Virus record (IMG/VR): IMGVR_UViG_3300033405_000062
Span: 1 to 29,054 of that record
Reading direction: 5' to 3' (one strand)
Source of the DNA: a virus
Lineage: Duplodnaviria > Caudoviricetes
DNA: 29,054 bases
Position numbers and translations under genes: made by a program. Shown here one piece after another: positions 18,272 to 26,008 of this stretch. The stretch's first letter is position 1. Every line of letters starts with the position of its first letter. Below the pieces are notes generated by a model. That model saw only the letters and a program-made list of their open reading frames with translations, did no database searches and had not been told where the DNA came from.

Positions 18272-19996
18272 TTAAATTGTAATCTCGATAATTGACTTTT
18301 GGACCTGGCCGCCCCTATCGTCGCCGGGTTCTTTCGGCTCTTGGGGTTCCTCGGCTTCGTTTTCTTTCGGCACAGCGCCCCACCCATCGTCATCATCATT
18401 GCTGGCCGCCTGCCCCTTGCCGCCCTCGTCATCATCCCCGAAGGCCATCTTCTTATAGCCGTCGTCACCTTCTGGCCCCTGCCCCGGCGCGCCTTGTGGC
18501 TGCCCCTGGCCTTGAGCCTGAGCGCCCATGGCTTGCTGTGCGGCCTGGGCCTGAGCGGCCATGACCATCTGCACAACGGAAGGATTGAGCGGGATTATTG
18601 ACCACGGCTGCTTATAAGGTTTCATGTCCTTGGCCTTGCAGATATCGTCGATAGACCGGAATGTCCGTAGCTCGGACTCGAGAAGTTCGCTTTCGGCCTT
18701 CGGGTCATAGCGCTCATACCCGACAAACTCGAAATCGATCCAGTCCTCGAGCTTTTCGACTATTTTCTGGAAGTGGGATTCAAGGAAGGACAGAATCGCG
18801 GACTCGCCGCGCTGTTTGGACTCCTCTATGCGGGGCGTCACATTGTCGCCAAGGACCGCGCCGCCCGTCCGGAGGTGAATACCCACTTCTTCGAGATCCA
18901 CGCCAAAAAGGGCGCCTACGCTCGCCCAAAGGTGATCCGTCCACTCGATAAACTCCATGTCGCGGTTATTCGCTCGGAAGGACACCCACTCCATACTACT
19001 TTTCCCGCCCTCGCCGCCTGTGGCCCCGGCCGGGACAATCGGAATGCGCCATTTCCCCTGCGGCCCGGCGCTCATGGTGTCGGAAACGAACTCCTCGATG
19101 GCCTCGACCGTCTCGAGGTCGGAGTCACCATTCAGTAGGATCATGCCGCGCGGCAGATTGTCCTCCGTCATGGAGGAGGCGTTATACCAAAAACTGTTTA
19201 TCTGAGCGGTAATGAGGTCGATTGCTTGCTCTGTGAGGGAATATCCATACCCGGAATGGTCGATATCGGAGCGCGGATTGCCGTAGTCGAAGATCAGGTC
19301 GTCATCGGTGTAGTAGGTAACGGGGATCTGATCAACTTCCTGGACAAAGCGCACCGCGTCGTCCCCGGTATACTCGCGCTCGATACATCGGCTTATGGTG
19401 GCCGGATCGATCGCCCAAAAGGCGAACGGTGTCCCGTTTATCCTGTTTTGCATCTCCGTTGTCAGTTGGTCGATGGTCAGATAGTCGCGGACCGCCTTCA
19501 TACCGAAATGGACGAGATCGTCTTGGCGCTCAGGGTCTTTCTCCCACCCAGTTTGGAGCATGAACCTTTGAACCTGGGCAAGTTTTACTTTTTGCGCGGG
19601 CGTTGGCGCATGTTCTTGGTCCTTGAGCGTTAAATGGAAACCTCGGATGTTTTTATCGGTAGAAGGCTTCAAAAAGGGCCGAATCTTGTTTTGCTGATGC
19701 GTGATTATGGTATTTATAAGCCAAGCCTTCTCGGCGATGCGCCGGAGAACTTGATATTCGACATGCTTATTCGGCTGAAGTTTATTCTTGCCCCCGGAGC
19801 CCCAATATCGCGTTGCGGGGTTGAGGAGCACTGAGTGAATAGGCTCGACGCCCTTCGGCGCCGTGGCGGGCATTCCCTCCGCATAAGGCCCCGGCGTCGC
19901 AATGCCAAGCGGTGAGCCATTATCTTTCCCAGAGCTTGAAACAAGGCGGGCCTTTTGCAGATATCCGAAAATCTCGTCTTGGCTTATCTTAGGCAT
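18272..19996 (-). CDS. Portal protein, 574 aa
   Basis: FWAIDPATI, GYGYSLTEQ, NLPRGMILL, NRDMEFIEW and ALFGVDLEEVG match HK97-family/Herelleviridae-type portals; acidic Gln-rich tail. Confidence 0.88.
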   Translation of the reverse strand: MPKISQDEIFGYLQKARLVSSSGKDNGSPLGIATPGPYAEGMPATAPKGVEPIHSVLLNPATRYWGSGGKNKLQPNKHVEYQVLRRIAEKAWLINTIITHQQNKIRPFLKPSTDKNIRGFHLTLKDQEHAPTPAQKVKLAQVQRFMLQTGWEKDPERQDDLVHFGMKAVRDYLTIDQLTTEMQNRINGTPFAFWAIDPATISRCIEREYTGDDAVRFVQEVDQIPVTYYTDDDLIFDYGNPRSDIDHSGYGYSLTEQAIDLITAQINSFWYNASSMTEDNLPRGMILLNGDSDLETVEAIEEFVSDTMSAGPQGKWRIPIVPAGATGGEGGKSSMEWVSFRANNRDMEFIEWTDHLWASVGALFGVDLEEVGIHLRTGGAVLGDNVTPRIEESKQRGESAILSFLESHFQKIVEKLEDWIDFEFVGYERYDPKAESELLESELRTFRSIDDICKAKDMKPYKQPWSIIPLNPSVVQMVMAAQAQAAQQAMGAQAQGQGQPQGAPGQGPEGDDGYKKMAFGDDDEGGKGQAASNDDDDGWGAVPKENEAEEPQEPKEPGDDRGGQVQKSIIEITI

Positions 19997-20024
19997 GAAA
20001 AATCCCCCGGCGAACAGTGCCTAC

Positions 20025-20053
20025 AGTTTACTCGGAGGCCAAATTATTGTAAA
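20025..20053 (-). promoter_or_regulatory. Putative sigma70-type promoter of the head operon
   Basis: TTTACA-N17-TAAACT, about 30 bp upstream of the portal ATG. Confidence 0.55.
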
Positions 20054-20065
20054 CAAAGCGCAAGT

Positions 20066-20296
20066 TCAAGCGGTAATCCCCAGCGTGCCGATGATGACCG
20101 GAAGTAGCTGGCCCGTATTCACGATCGATTCAGCCAGGGCCTTGTAGCCCGATACGCCCTCCTCGCACGTCATGTCGGCCTTTTTCTTCTTTCGGTCATT
20201 CCACAGAGCGACATAGGCCACGGCAGAAGTCCAGCACGCAAGGATGGGCAGGAGGTCGGCGAGCTCGTAGAGGGCGCGGGCGAAGGCGGCGGTCAT
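20066..20296 (-). CDS. Small putative membrane protein, 76 aa
   Basis: ATGA overlap with the upstream gene; hydrophobic segment followed by RKKKK. Confidence 0.5.
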   Translation of the reverse strand: MTAAFARALYELADLLPILACWTSAVAYVALWNDRKKKKADMTCEEGVSGYKALAESIVNTGQLLPVIIGTLGITA

Positions 20297-20847
20297 ATAT
20301 CGCCCCGTGCTTCTTCTATTTTCTGGCAATGGTCGGCGATATAAGTAGTGATTTCTTCGGAAGGTTGAAACCATTCGCCGCGAATTCGATATTTAAGAAA
20401 TTTCTGATGTAGCATGGCCTCAAACCGATAACTACCTTTCATTGTTCCAAGGACAGATAACGGCTCATGGCAGGCCGTTTGAAGAGTAGCTAGCCGCGAT
20501 TTAAGATCAGTTGAAATTCCAATTTTTATTGGACCATTAACGTCCTTCTGGATGAAATAAATAACAGCAATTGCTTCAGGATCGAATGGCGCAAAGTCAC
20601 TGACCGTTGGTTTCTCTGGGAAATGTTCAAAAAATCGTTCGTCTGCCCATTTTGTTAAAAATTCTTTAGCCTGAATTTCTGTAATCATTCCTTCATCTAT
20701 TAATAAATTGGTTTCTTTAATCATATAATCGACCGGAGACATAAGACCAAGTTGGCTTAATATTTGATCGCCATAGTCTTCAAATTTTCCAGCATCGACA
20801 ATGACGCGAAGAAGCGAAGCGGCTCCCACATAATCCGGAATATTCAT
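20293..20847 (-). CDS. GIY-YIG superfamily (T5orf172/MUG113-like) protein, 184 aa
   Basis: IYFIQ...IKIGIS...RL..LQ...E..LH..F...RIRGEWF signature; visibly AT-rich relative to its flanks. Confidence 0.8.
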   Translation of the reverse strand: MNIPDYVGAASLLRVIVDAGKFEDYGDQILSQLGLMSPVDYMIKETNLLIDEGMITEIQAKEFLTKWADERFFEHFPEKPTVSDFAPFDPEAIAVIYFIQKDVNGPIKIGISTDLKSRLATLQTACHEPLSVLGTMKGSYRFEAMLHQKFLKYRIRGEWFQPSEEITTYIADHCQKIEEARGDI

Positions 20848-21581
20848 GCTAAAACCTCTTGCCTCGGAAAGATGGCAGCTAGAGCATCGAGCCCTTTTGC
20901 GGTAACGCGCGTTTGTTTGGTTATGTGCTCATTAGGCGGATCGCCATAGGTTCGCGTCTTGACCTCAAAGTATTCCTTGGCGAGGAAGCATTGAGTAGGA
21001 AGCCAGTCGCCGCCGCGCTTGAAGATCATCCCCCTGGTGGCGAGCTCGTCGAAGAACTTTAATGGCGCACGCCCGAGCTGCTTCGCTACATCCATGATGC
21101 AGAGCGACCCCGAGGCGTCGAGAAAGCGATCGAAGGCTTCCACTTTGGGTTTAGCGATCTCGACCTGGGTAGCAAGCTCTCGCGCCTTGCCTTCCCAATA
21201 GTCGAGGACTTTCGCCGTCATCCGAGCTATCTCTAGCTCGGTCGTGAAATTGGCAACCTGGACAACGTTGTCCAGGTCATTCCTGCCGCTCTTTTCGATA
21301 GCCTGCTTGATTGCGGTTACCTGAGCCTCATCGAGGTAGGTGGTTTTCCCGTCTTCGACGAATTCAGGGAAAAGCGTAGATGCATGGCGGCGCACCGTCC
21401 TGTCGGCAACTCCGAGCGCTTCGGCGACTTGCTTGACGGTCATCGCTCTCGACATTGCGTCGGCAACCTTAGCGATCTCGTTCACGATTTCCTCCTCGGG
21501 CGCCGGGATCTCGGCAAGCTCAGCCGATGACCTCGGCACGGACCGCGCGGCGATGATATGGAAACCGTTAGTCGCCGACAT
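20844..21581 (-). CDS. Phage antirepressor with an N-terminal HTH and a C-terminal KilAC (ANT) domain
   Basis: MTVKQVAEALGVADRTVRR HTH; AKPKVEAFDRF...DVAKQLG...YFEVK...QTRVTAKGL. Start chosen at ATG 21581 (GGAG RBS). Confidence 0.8.
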   Translation of the reverse strand: MSATNGFHIIAARSVPRSSAELAEIPAPEEEIVNEIAKVADAMSRAMTVKQVAEALGVADRTVRRHASTLFPEFVEDGKTTYLDEAQVTAIKQAIEKSGRNDLDNVVQVANFTTELEIARMTAKVLDYWEGKARELATQVEIAKPKVEAFDRFLDASGSLCIMDVAKQLGRAPLKFFDELATRGMIFKRGGDWLPTQCFLAKEYFEVKTRTYGDPPNEHITKQTRVTAKGLDALAAIFPRQEVLA

Positions 21582-21831
21582 TCTTTGTGGCTCCATCGGC
21601 CCATGCAATAGCAACCATGACACCAACCACTCCGATCACCGCAGGAAGGCCGATGCCACCACATAGTCCGACAGTAAAAAAAATAACCACGTCGACAAAT
21701 CGCTTCCACTGATTCTCTGGGACCAGTGAGCAGATCCAGGGCGTCAGCAGGCAGAAAATGCCAATAAAGACCCCGACCGCAAGAATCGCCGCAATGCAGT
21801 TCCCAATAGCCAGCCTCATGTTTCGCTTCAT
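21568..21831 (-). CDS. Small membrane protein with two hydrophobic segments, 87 aa
   Basis: GAGGA RBS before ATG 21831; two long hydrophobic stretches. Confidence 0.6.
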   Translation of the reverse strand: MKRNMRLAIGNCIAAILAVGVFIGIFCLLTPWICSLVPENQWKRFVDVVIFFTVGLCGGIGLPAVIGVVGVMVAIAWADGATKNVGD

Positions 21832-21845
21832 ATTTTCCTCTTTAA

Positions 21846-21863
21846 CGTCTACACGTTTAGACA
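21846..21863. repeat. 18-bp quasi-palindrome copy 5 (CGTCTACACGTTTAGACA), just past the tRNA 3' end
   Basis: Shares the invariant CGTTTAGACA. Confidence 0.85.
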
Positions 21864-21864
21864 T

Positions 21865-21936
21865 TCCGGGCGGTAGGGATCGAACCTACGAATAACGGAG
21901 CCAAAATCCGACGCCTTACCGCTTGGCTACGCCCGG
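21865..21936 (-). tRNA. tRNA-Gln (anticodon TTG), CCA not encoded
   Basis: CCGGGCG-TA-GCC-AAGCGGTAA-GGC-G-TCGGA-TTTTGGC-TCCGT-TATTC-GTAGG-TTCGATC-CCTAC-CGCCCGG-A folds as a cloverleaf, with one mismatch at the top of the anticodon stem. Confidence 0.9.
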
Positions 21937-21965
21937 ATATGAAAAGGTGCCGCGAGGGCGAGCGC
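21923..21965. repeat. 43-bp bipartite direct repeat, copy A (overlaps the tRNA 5' end and leader)
   Basis: TTGGCTACGCCCGGA-N12-CCGCGAGGGCGAGCGC. Confidence 0.85.
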
Positions 21966-22001
21966 AGATGAGATAGACGGAGGTAGTGGCGTAGGTGCCA
22001 C

Positions 22002-22244
22002 TCATTCAGATATCCTCCCGGCAAAATGTATTCGAGCCTCGAGTTGGTACATATCCATGGCGACGAGTAGTTTCTCGGCCTCTTCTGGCTTTAACGAGTT
22101 GTGCAGTTCCGAGACCGCCTTGCCGATCCAATCAATTATTTCCTCTTCGCTGAAATGCTGCATAACCAATCCCGCCAGGAGCACTTCTAGGAGTGTTTTG
22201 TAATAACGAACATCCACAAGATCATCTTCGATCTTGCTCATCAT
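22002..22244 (-). CDS. Hypothetical protein, 80 aa
   Basis: ATGA overlap with the antA/B-like gene; helical acidic sequence MMSKIEDDLVDV... Confidence 0.6.
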   Translation of the reverse strand: MMSKIEDDLVDVRYYKTLLEVLLAGLVMQHFSEEEIIDWIGKAVSELHNSLKPEEAEKLLVAMDMYQLEARIHFAGRISE

Positions 22245-22918
22245 GCGGCCGTCTTGATCTGCCGAACCCCGAAGGCGGCGATAGCGATTTTGATCTGTGC
22301 ATAGTCGGCTCCGAGGTCGACCATGGAGCCCGCGAAGCGCTCGAGGCGCTCGACGGACACAAGCTGTACTTGCGTTAGGTGCTCGCGAACATTGGCATCC
22401 TTCTCGAGGCCCTTCGCCTCGCGGAAATGGCGCGCATCCATCCCGAGGACAACACGGTAGATGAGGTCGGTGATTTGCTTGTAGGCCCACCCGTGCATCG
22501 CCTCATTGAGGGGCGAGGTCTGAATTGTGTCAGTAAACTCGCGACGGACAATCTTGCTTGCCCTGGAGTCGATAATGATTTCCCGAAGGGCCTTCTCGCA
22601 TTGGAGGAAGTAGCGGCGCACTTCTTTTCCTTTATCGGTCCCGGCCATCATGCAGAAAGATTTGAAGCAGTCGGCAGAAAGCCAATAAACAGAAATGGGC
22701 TTGTTTTTGTAGCTTTTAAGTTCTCCACCTTTTTGTGTATTCTTTTTAGAACAATGAATTATTGAAAAATCTACACCCTCTTGGAAGTTTTCGCAGAGTG
22801 CCCGAAGTGCGCTGTCTTTTCGCGAATACCCGACCCACTGCCAAGCACGGTCGAAATCAATCGGAAACGCAGAATCGCTCTTGACGATCTCGCTGAATGT
22901 CTCGATAAGGTCGCTCAC
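22241..22918 (-). CDS. AntA/AntB-like antirepressor / phage DNA-binding protein, 225 aa
   Basis: GGGAGG RBS before GTG 22918; FPIDFDRAWQWVGY, FQEGVDF, DCFKSFCMMAGTDKGKEVRRYFLQCEK. Confidence 0.72.
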   Translation of the reverse strand: MSDLIETFSEIVKSDSAFPIDFDRAWQWVGYSRKDSALRALCENFQEGVDFSIIHCSKKNTQKGGELKSYKNKPISVYWLSADCFKSFCMMAGTDKGKEVRRYFLQCEKALREIIIDSRASKIVRREFTDTIQTSPLNEAMHGWAYKQITDLIYRVVLGMDARHFREAKGLEKDANVREHLTQVQLVSVERLERFAGSMVDLGADYAQIKIAIAAFGVRQIKTAA

Positions 22919-22930
22919 GACTACCTCCCT

Positions 22931-22973
22931 TTGGCTACGCCCGGACCAGCAAGACGCCCGCGAGAGCGAGCGC
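22931..22973. repeat. 43-bp bipartite direct repeat, copy B (abuts the antA/B RBS)
   Basis: TTGGCTACGCCCGGA-N12-CCGCGAGAGCGAGCGC. Confidence 0.85.
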
Positions 22974-22982
22974 CTTGAATTG

Positions 22983-23225
22983 TTACGCCTTGGCCGTCTT
23001 CTTTGCAACGAGGGCCTTCGCCTCATCGAACGCGATATCGATGTCGCCAACCGCAAGGGCCTTGTCGAGCGTGCGCAGCTCCTTTGCGAGGGCCTTCCGG
23101 GTAACCCTGATATTCGCGAGCGAAGGATTCTTGTTCGCATTAGCAAGCGCGGTGGTAGAGGCGGTAAGGTCTACCGTCGAGACAATCGAGGAAACCTTGG
23201 CGGCCTGCTTCTCGTTTAGTGTCAT
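22983..23225 (-). CDS. Small basic Ala/Lys-rich protein, 80 aa
   Basis: GGGAG RBS; lies directly downstream of the solitary CRISPR repeat. Confidence 0.65.
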   Translation of the reverse strand: MTLNEKQAAKVSSIVSTVDLTASTTALANANKNPSLANIRVTRKALAKELRTLDKALAVGDIDIAFDEAKALVAKKTAKA

Positions 23226-23286
23226 AATAACTCCCAAAAGTGAAATAGTCGGCCCACCAAGGAGCCGTATCGGAGAGGCTGGAATC

Positions 23287-23318
23287 GTTTCAATCCACGC
23301 GCCCGCGAAGGGCGCGAC
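23287..23318 (-). CRISPR. Solitary type I-C-like CRISPR repeat (no array, no cas genes)
   Basis: GTCGCGCCCTTCGCGGGCGCGTGGATTGAAAC: 32 nt, 7-bp hairpin, TGGATTGAAAC end. Confidence 0.88.
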
Positions 23319-23442
23319 TCCGTAAATACGTCATTAGCCTAGTAGGCGCGACGACTTGTCTAACCCCATCGCGCCTTATTAGGAACTGTTTTATCTTCGA
23401 TACCCCCTTGAATGTGTCTAGGGATGAACCCACGGAACCTAT

Positions 23443-23637
23443 CTAGGCCACACCGCGAGTAGCCGAGCACGGTTTCTTGTCGAAGATGCTGAGGAGCCGA
23501 TCGACTTGGGCATCCACTATGCCGATGATCGTGATAGCCGGTCGGGAAACGGGCCGGACGAGATCCGCGAGAAAATCGCGGAGGTCCACGTACATGGCAG
23601 TTGCCCACAGAGAAATAAACAGCAGGAATGAACGCAT
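23443..23637 (-). CDS. Hypothetical protein, 64 aa, hydrophobic N-terminus
   Basis: AAGGAGG RBS before ATG 23637. Confidence 0.5.
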   Translation of the reverse strand: MRSFLLFISLWATAMYVDLRDFLADLVRPVSRPAITIIGIVDAQVDRLLSIFDKKPCSATRGVA

Positions 23638-23771
23638 CTCTTTACCTCCTTTCATTGGATTTTATTTGCACCTATCACCAGTTACAGAAAAGATGCGCCA
23701 GAAGGCTCGCTCTCCGTTTGTCGGTCAGGTGGCCCGCGACATCCCCCGGCGCCGGGACTTTAAGCGAGCCA

Positions 23772-24134
23772 CTAGGAGGAGACCGCAGCGGGGACCACGG
23801 CGGCCTTGTCGCCCTCGAGCGCGCCAGGAAGCGCGGTCGGGTCGGCAGCCACGGCAGGCTCAATGGGAACGGCATCAGAGGCGACCTGAGCATCCGTGTT
23901 CTGCCCGAGCTTGGCCGCGAGCGCGTCGCGGTCCCGCTGGATAAGGGCGAGGGCATCGGCGATTGCCGCCTCGGTGTCTTTGCCGATATCCTCGCCTACC
24001 TTGATTTCCTTGTCCTCGACGTGGAGCGCGATCTCCTCGAGAGCCTTCTTTGCAGCGGTCAGCTTATCCACGAGGATAGCTTTATCGCTCTTGAAGGCGG
24101 CCTTGATCTTAGCCGCAATGTCCTTGAAACTCAC
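23772..24134 (-). CDS. Hypothetical Ala-rich coiled-coil protein, 120 aa
   Basis: GGAGG RBS before GTG 24134. Confidence 0.65.
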   Translation of the reverse strand: MSFKDIAAKIKAAFKSDKAILVDKLTAAKKALEEIALHVEDKEIKVGEDIGKDTEAAIADALALIQRDRDALAAKLGQNTDAQVASDAVPIEPAVAADPTALPGALEGDKAAVVPAAVSS

Positions 24135-24178
24135 AGAAGCCTCCAATTGTAAAAATGTGAACCCCGCTATGCGGAGCA

Positions 24179-24904
24179 TTATGCGATGACGGCGAGCGTG
24201 TCAGGACAATTCGCCTTGAGCCAGTCGGAGATAGACTCCATGGCCCTGGGCTTCCAGGCGCCGCCATCCGCCTCATGGAGCGATATGGTCACCGTTCCCT
24301 CGGAGTCGGCGCGCATGCGGAAAAGAAACTCGCCCGCAGGCTGGGTAATCTCGCGGAAGGTGCGGAAGGGCTGGAGGGTAACACGAGAAGGCGCCGCCTT
24401 GTTTTCCGTGAGGTTTCCGCGCGTCCCCTGCCGGACGGTGACATTCTGAGATATCCCGGTATCAGCAATCTCGCTTTCGTTGGATACCGTGATCCTCGAG
24501 GCAAGGCTAAGGAGATCATCGCGAGTATCCGTTTGGATGATGAGCGCGTTCGCCGCGATAATGAACTCTTCGATGCTCAACCACTTGCCGAAGGGAAACA
24601 CGATGCCGTCGAAGTCGGCGACTAGGAAGGAATCACGCTTGCGGTTCTCGCCGTTCAGATCCGAGAGAAGTACGACCTGAGTGGGGGAAACGACATGCAC
24701 GATGAGCTTTGAAAGATCTAGGGCGTCTCGGTTTGCTTTCAGGTAGTCGGAGATAGCCGTGAGGCTTTGGACCTTTATAGCGTCCGGCCTTGGATTATAC
24801 ATGACCGGCTTCATTTCGAGCGGCGAATAAATCCGGCCATCCTTCTCGATCTTCACGCTTTCGTTGGAGATGCGCTCTACCGCATCAACAAAACTACCAT
24901 CCAT
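24179..24904 (-). CDS. Conserved phage protein (YfdQ/DUF2303-like), 241 aa
   Basis: SLTAISDYL, LIVHVVSP, DTGISQ, LQPFRTFREITQP and EADGGAWK are motifs of a widespread prophage family found paired with the upstream gene. Confidence 0.65.
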   Translation of the reverse strand: MDGSFVDAVERISNESVKIEKDGRIYSPLEMKPVMYNPRPDAIKVQSLTAISDYLKANRDALDLSKLIVHVVSPTQVVLLSDLNGENRKRDSFLVADFDGIVFPFGKWLSIEEFIIAANALIIQTDTRDDLLSLASRITVSNESEIADTGISQNVTVRQGTRGNLTENKAAPSRVTLQPFRTFREITQPAGEFLFRMRADSEGTVTISLHEADGGAWKPRAMESISDWLKANCPDTLAVIA

Positions 24905-25293
24905 CAGGCTCTCCTTCCTGGCATATTCAATACCTTGCCCTCACCCTCGAGGGGTTCCTCGGCAGTCCCCGCCTTCCCGAGCTTGAGCTGGCTAATGTCC
25001 GATTGATAGGCTGTAATATCGTCGCCGTCATAAGAGAAGGCAGCGAAGCTCCTGGACGGCTTAACGGGCGCGAGCTTCGTCACATGCGTAACCTCGACCT
25101 GGGCGCCGCCGCGATCATCCTCCGGCCGAAACTTAATTACGAGCGTCAGCGACCGTACCGCCTTGGCCTCCGTATTCTCATCCGCGACATTCGTGAGAAT
25201 CTTTTTTACTTCTCGATTAAAGAGCGCGACAGCCTGGCCGCCGTTCACGCTTTCGAGGGACATTAACTCGTAGTTTCCAGGATTCTCTGGCAT
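24904..25293 (-). CDS. Conserved phage protein, partner of the downstream gene (often labelled 'replication terminator protein'), 129 aa
   Basis: GGAGG RBS; GGQAVALFNREVKKILTNVADENT...RSLTLVIKFRP...TKLAP motif. Confidence 0.6.
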   Translation of the reverse strand: MPENPGNYELMSLESVNGGQAVALFNREVKKILTNVADENTEAKAVRSLTLVIKFRPEDDRGGAQVEVTHVTKLAPVKPSRSFAAFSYDGDDITAYQSDISQLKLGKAGTAEEPLEGEGKVLNMPGRRA

Positions 25294-25359
25294 ATACTTC
25301 CTCCGAAATGAAACGTGATGAAACACCTATCTCCCGAATTGTCTCGCGTTTAAAAACAG

Positions 25360-25386
25360 ATTATACCGATGTTCAGAACTCGTCAA
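25360..25386 (-). promoter_or_regulatory. Putative promoter adjacent to palindrome copy 6
   Basis: TTGACG-N15-TATAAT (spacer shorter than usual). Confidence 0.45.
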
Positions 25387-25390
25387 CGTT

Positions 25391-25408
25391 TGTCTACACG
25401 TTTAGACA
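25391..25408. repeat. 18-bp quasi-palindrome copy 6 (TGTCTACACGTTTAGACA), intergenic
   Basis: One mismatch from the perfect palindrome TGTCTAAACGTTTAGACA. Confidence 0.88.
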
Positions 25409-25412
25409 AGAT

Positions 25413-25667
25413 TTAGCTCCTTATTCGGACGGCATCGAAGTGCCGGATTATTCTTGCCTCCTTCGCCTTGAGTGTTAGCGTCAATCCAACAGCTTCGTCG
25501 ACCTCGCAGTCGGTAATGTTTCCCCCAACGTTGCACTGGACCGTTGTTCCGGGAGCGAAAACCTCGCGGATTGTTTCACGCAGCAATGCCTCCGCATCCA
25601 CCAATCCCTGGATGGCCGCAGCCAGCTTTGCCTCTTTCTCCTCGACGGTCATCTTCGTGTTTTTCAT
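25413..25667 (-). CDS. Hypothetical protein, 84 aa
   Basis: Tightly packed, co-oriented ORF. Confidence 0.6.
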   Translation of the reverse strand: MKNTKMTVEEKEAKLAAAIQGLVDAEALLRETIREVFAPGTTVQCNVGGNITDCEVDEAVGLTLTLKAKEARIIRHFDAVRIRS

Positions 25668-25669
25668 TA

Positions 25670-26008
25670 TTAATCCGGCAACGCATTGATCGACTCGAAG
25701 AGAGAGTATTCCAGTTCGGCGATCTGCTTGGCTGCATCCAGCCGCTTCACGTTCTCTTTCAGGAACTTCGTCTCCGTACTGTCAAAGGTCACGTTCAGCG
25801 GCTTTTCTTTATCTTTCTTCCAGTCCATGTAAACCTTGTTTCGAACTAGCGGGTCGGGCGTGCTTGTGAACTCGATATCCGCTATTTCCTTCGTACTAAG
25901 ATCGATCTTTTTCCTGATCGACTTCACGGCACGAATGCCGACGAAGTCGTTATTCTCAGGAAAGAGCTTGCCCATAATCGTAACTCGATCGCCAACCGAA
26001 AGCTTCAT
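25670..26008 (-). CDS. Hypothetical protein, 112 aa
   Basis: GGAGG RBS before ATG 26008. Confidence 0.65.
   Translation of the reverse strand: MKLSVGDRVTIMGKLFPENNDFVGIRAVKSIRKKIDLSTKEIADIEFTSTPDPLVRNKVYMDWKKDKEKPLNVTFDSTETKFLKENVKRLDAAKQIAELEYSLFESINALPD

Noticed and set aside
21865-21936. tRNA as the prophage attachment site
   Set aside because: Phage genes lie on both sides, no integrase nearby, and no duplicated tRNA 3' end was seen.
22919-23146. Arg-rich N-terminal extension of the antA/B ORF
   Set aside because: Alternative frame of the 80-aa gene; GTG 22918 has a GGGAGG RBS.
23287-23352. A true CRISPR array
   Set aside because: Only one full repeat; no regular repeat-spacer period and no cas genes.
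23356-23365. CTTGTCTAAC as an eighth palindrome copy near the CRISPR repeat
   Set aside because: Only a partial half-site lacking the invariant CGTTTAGACA.
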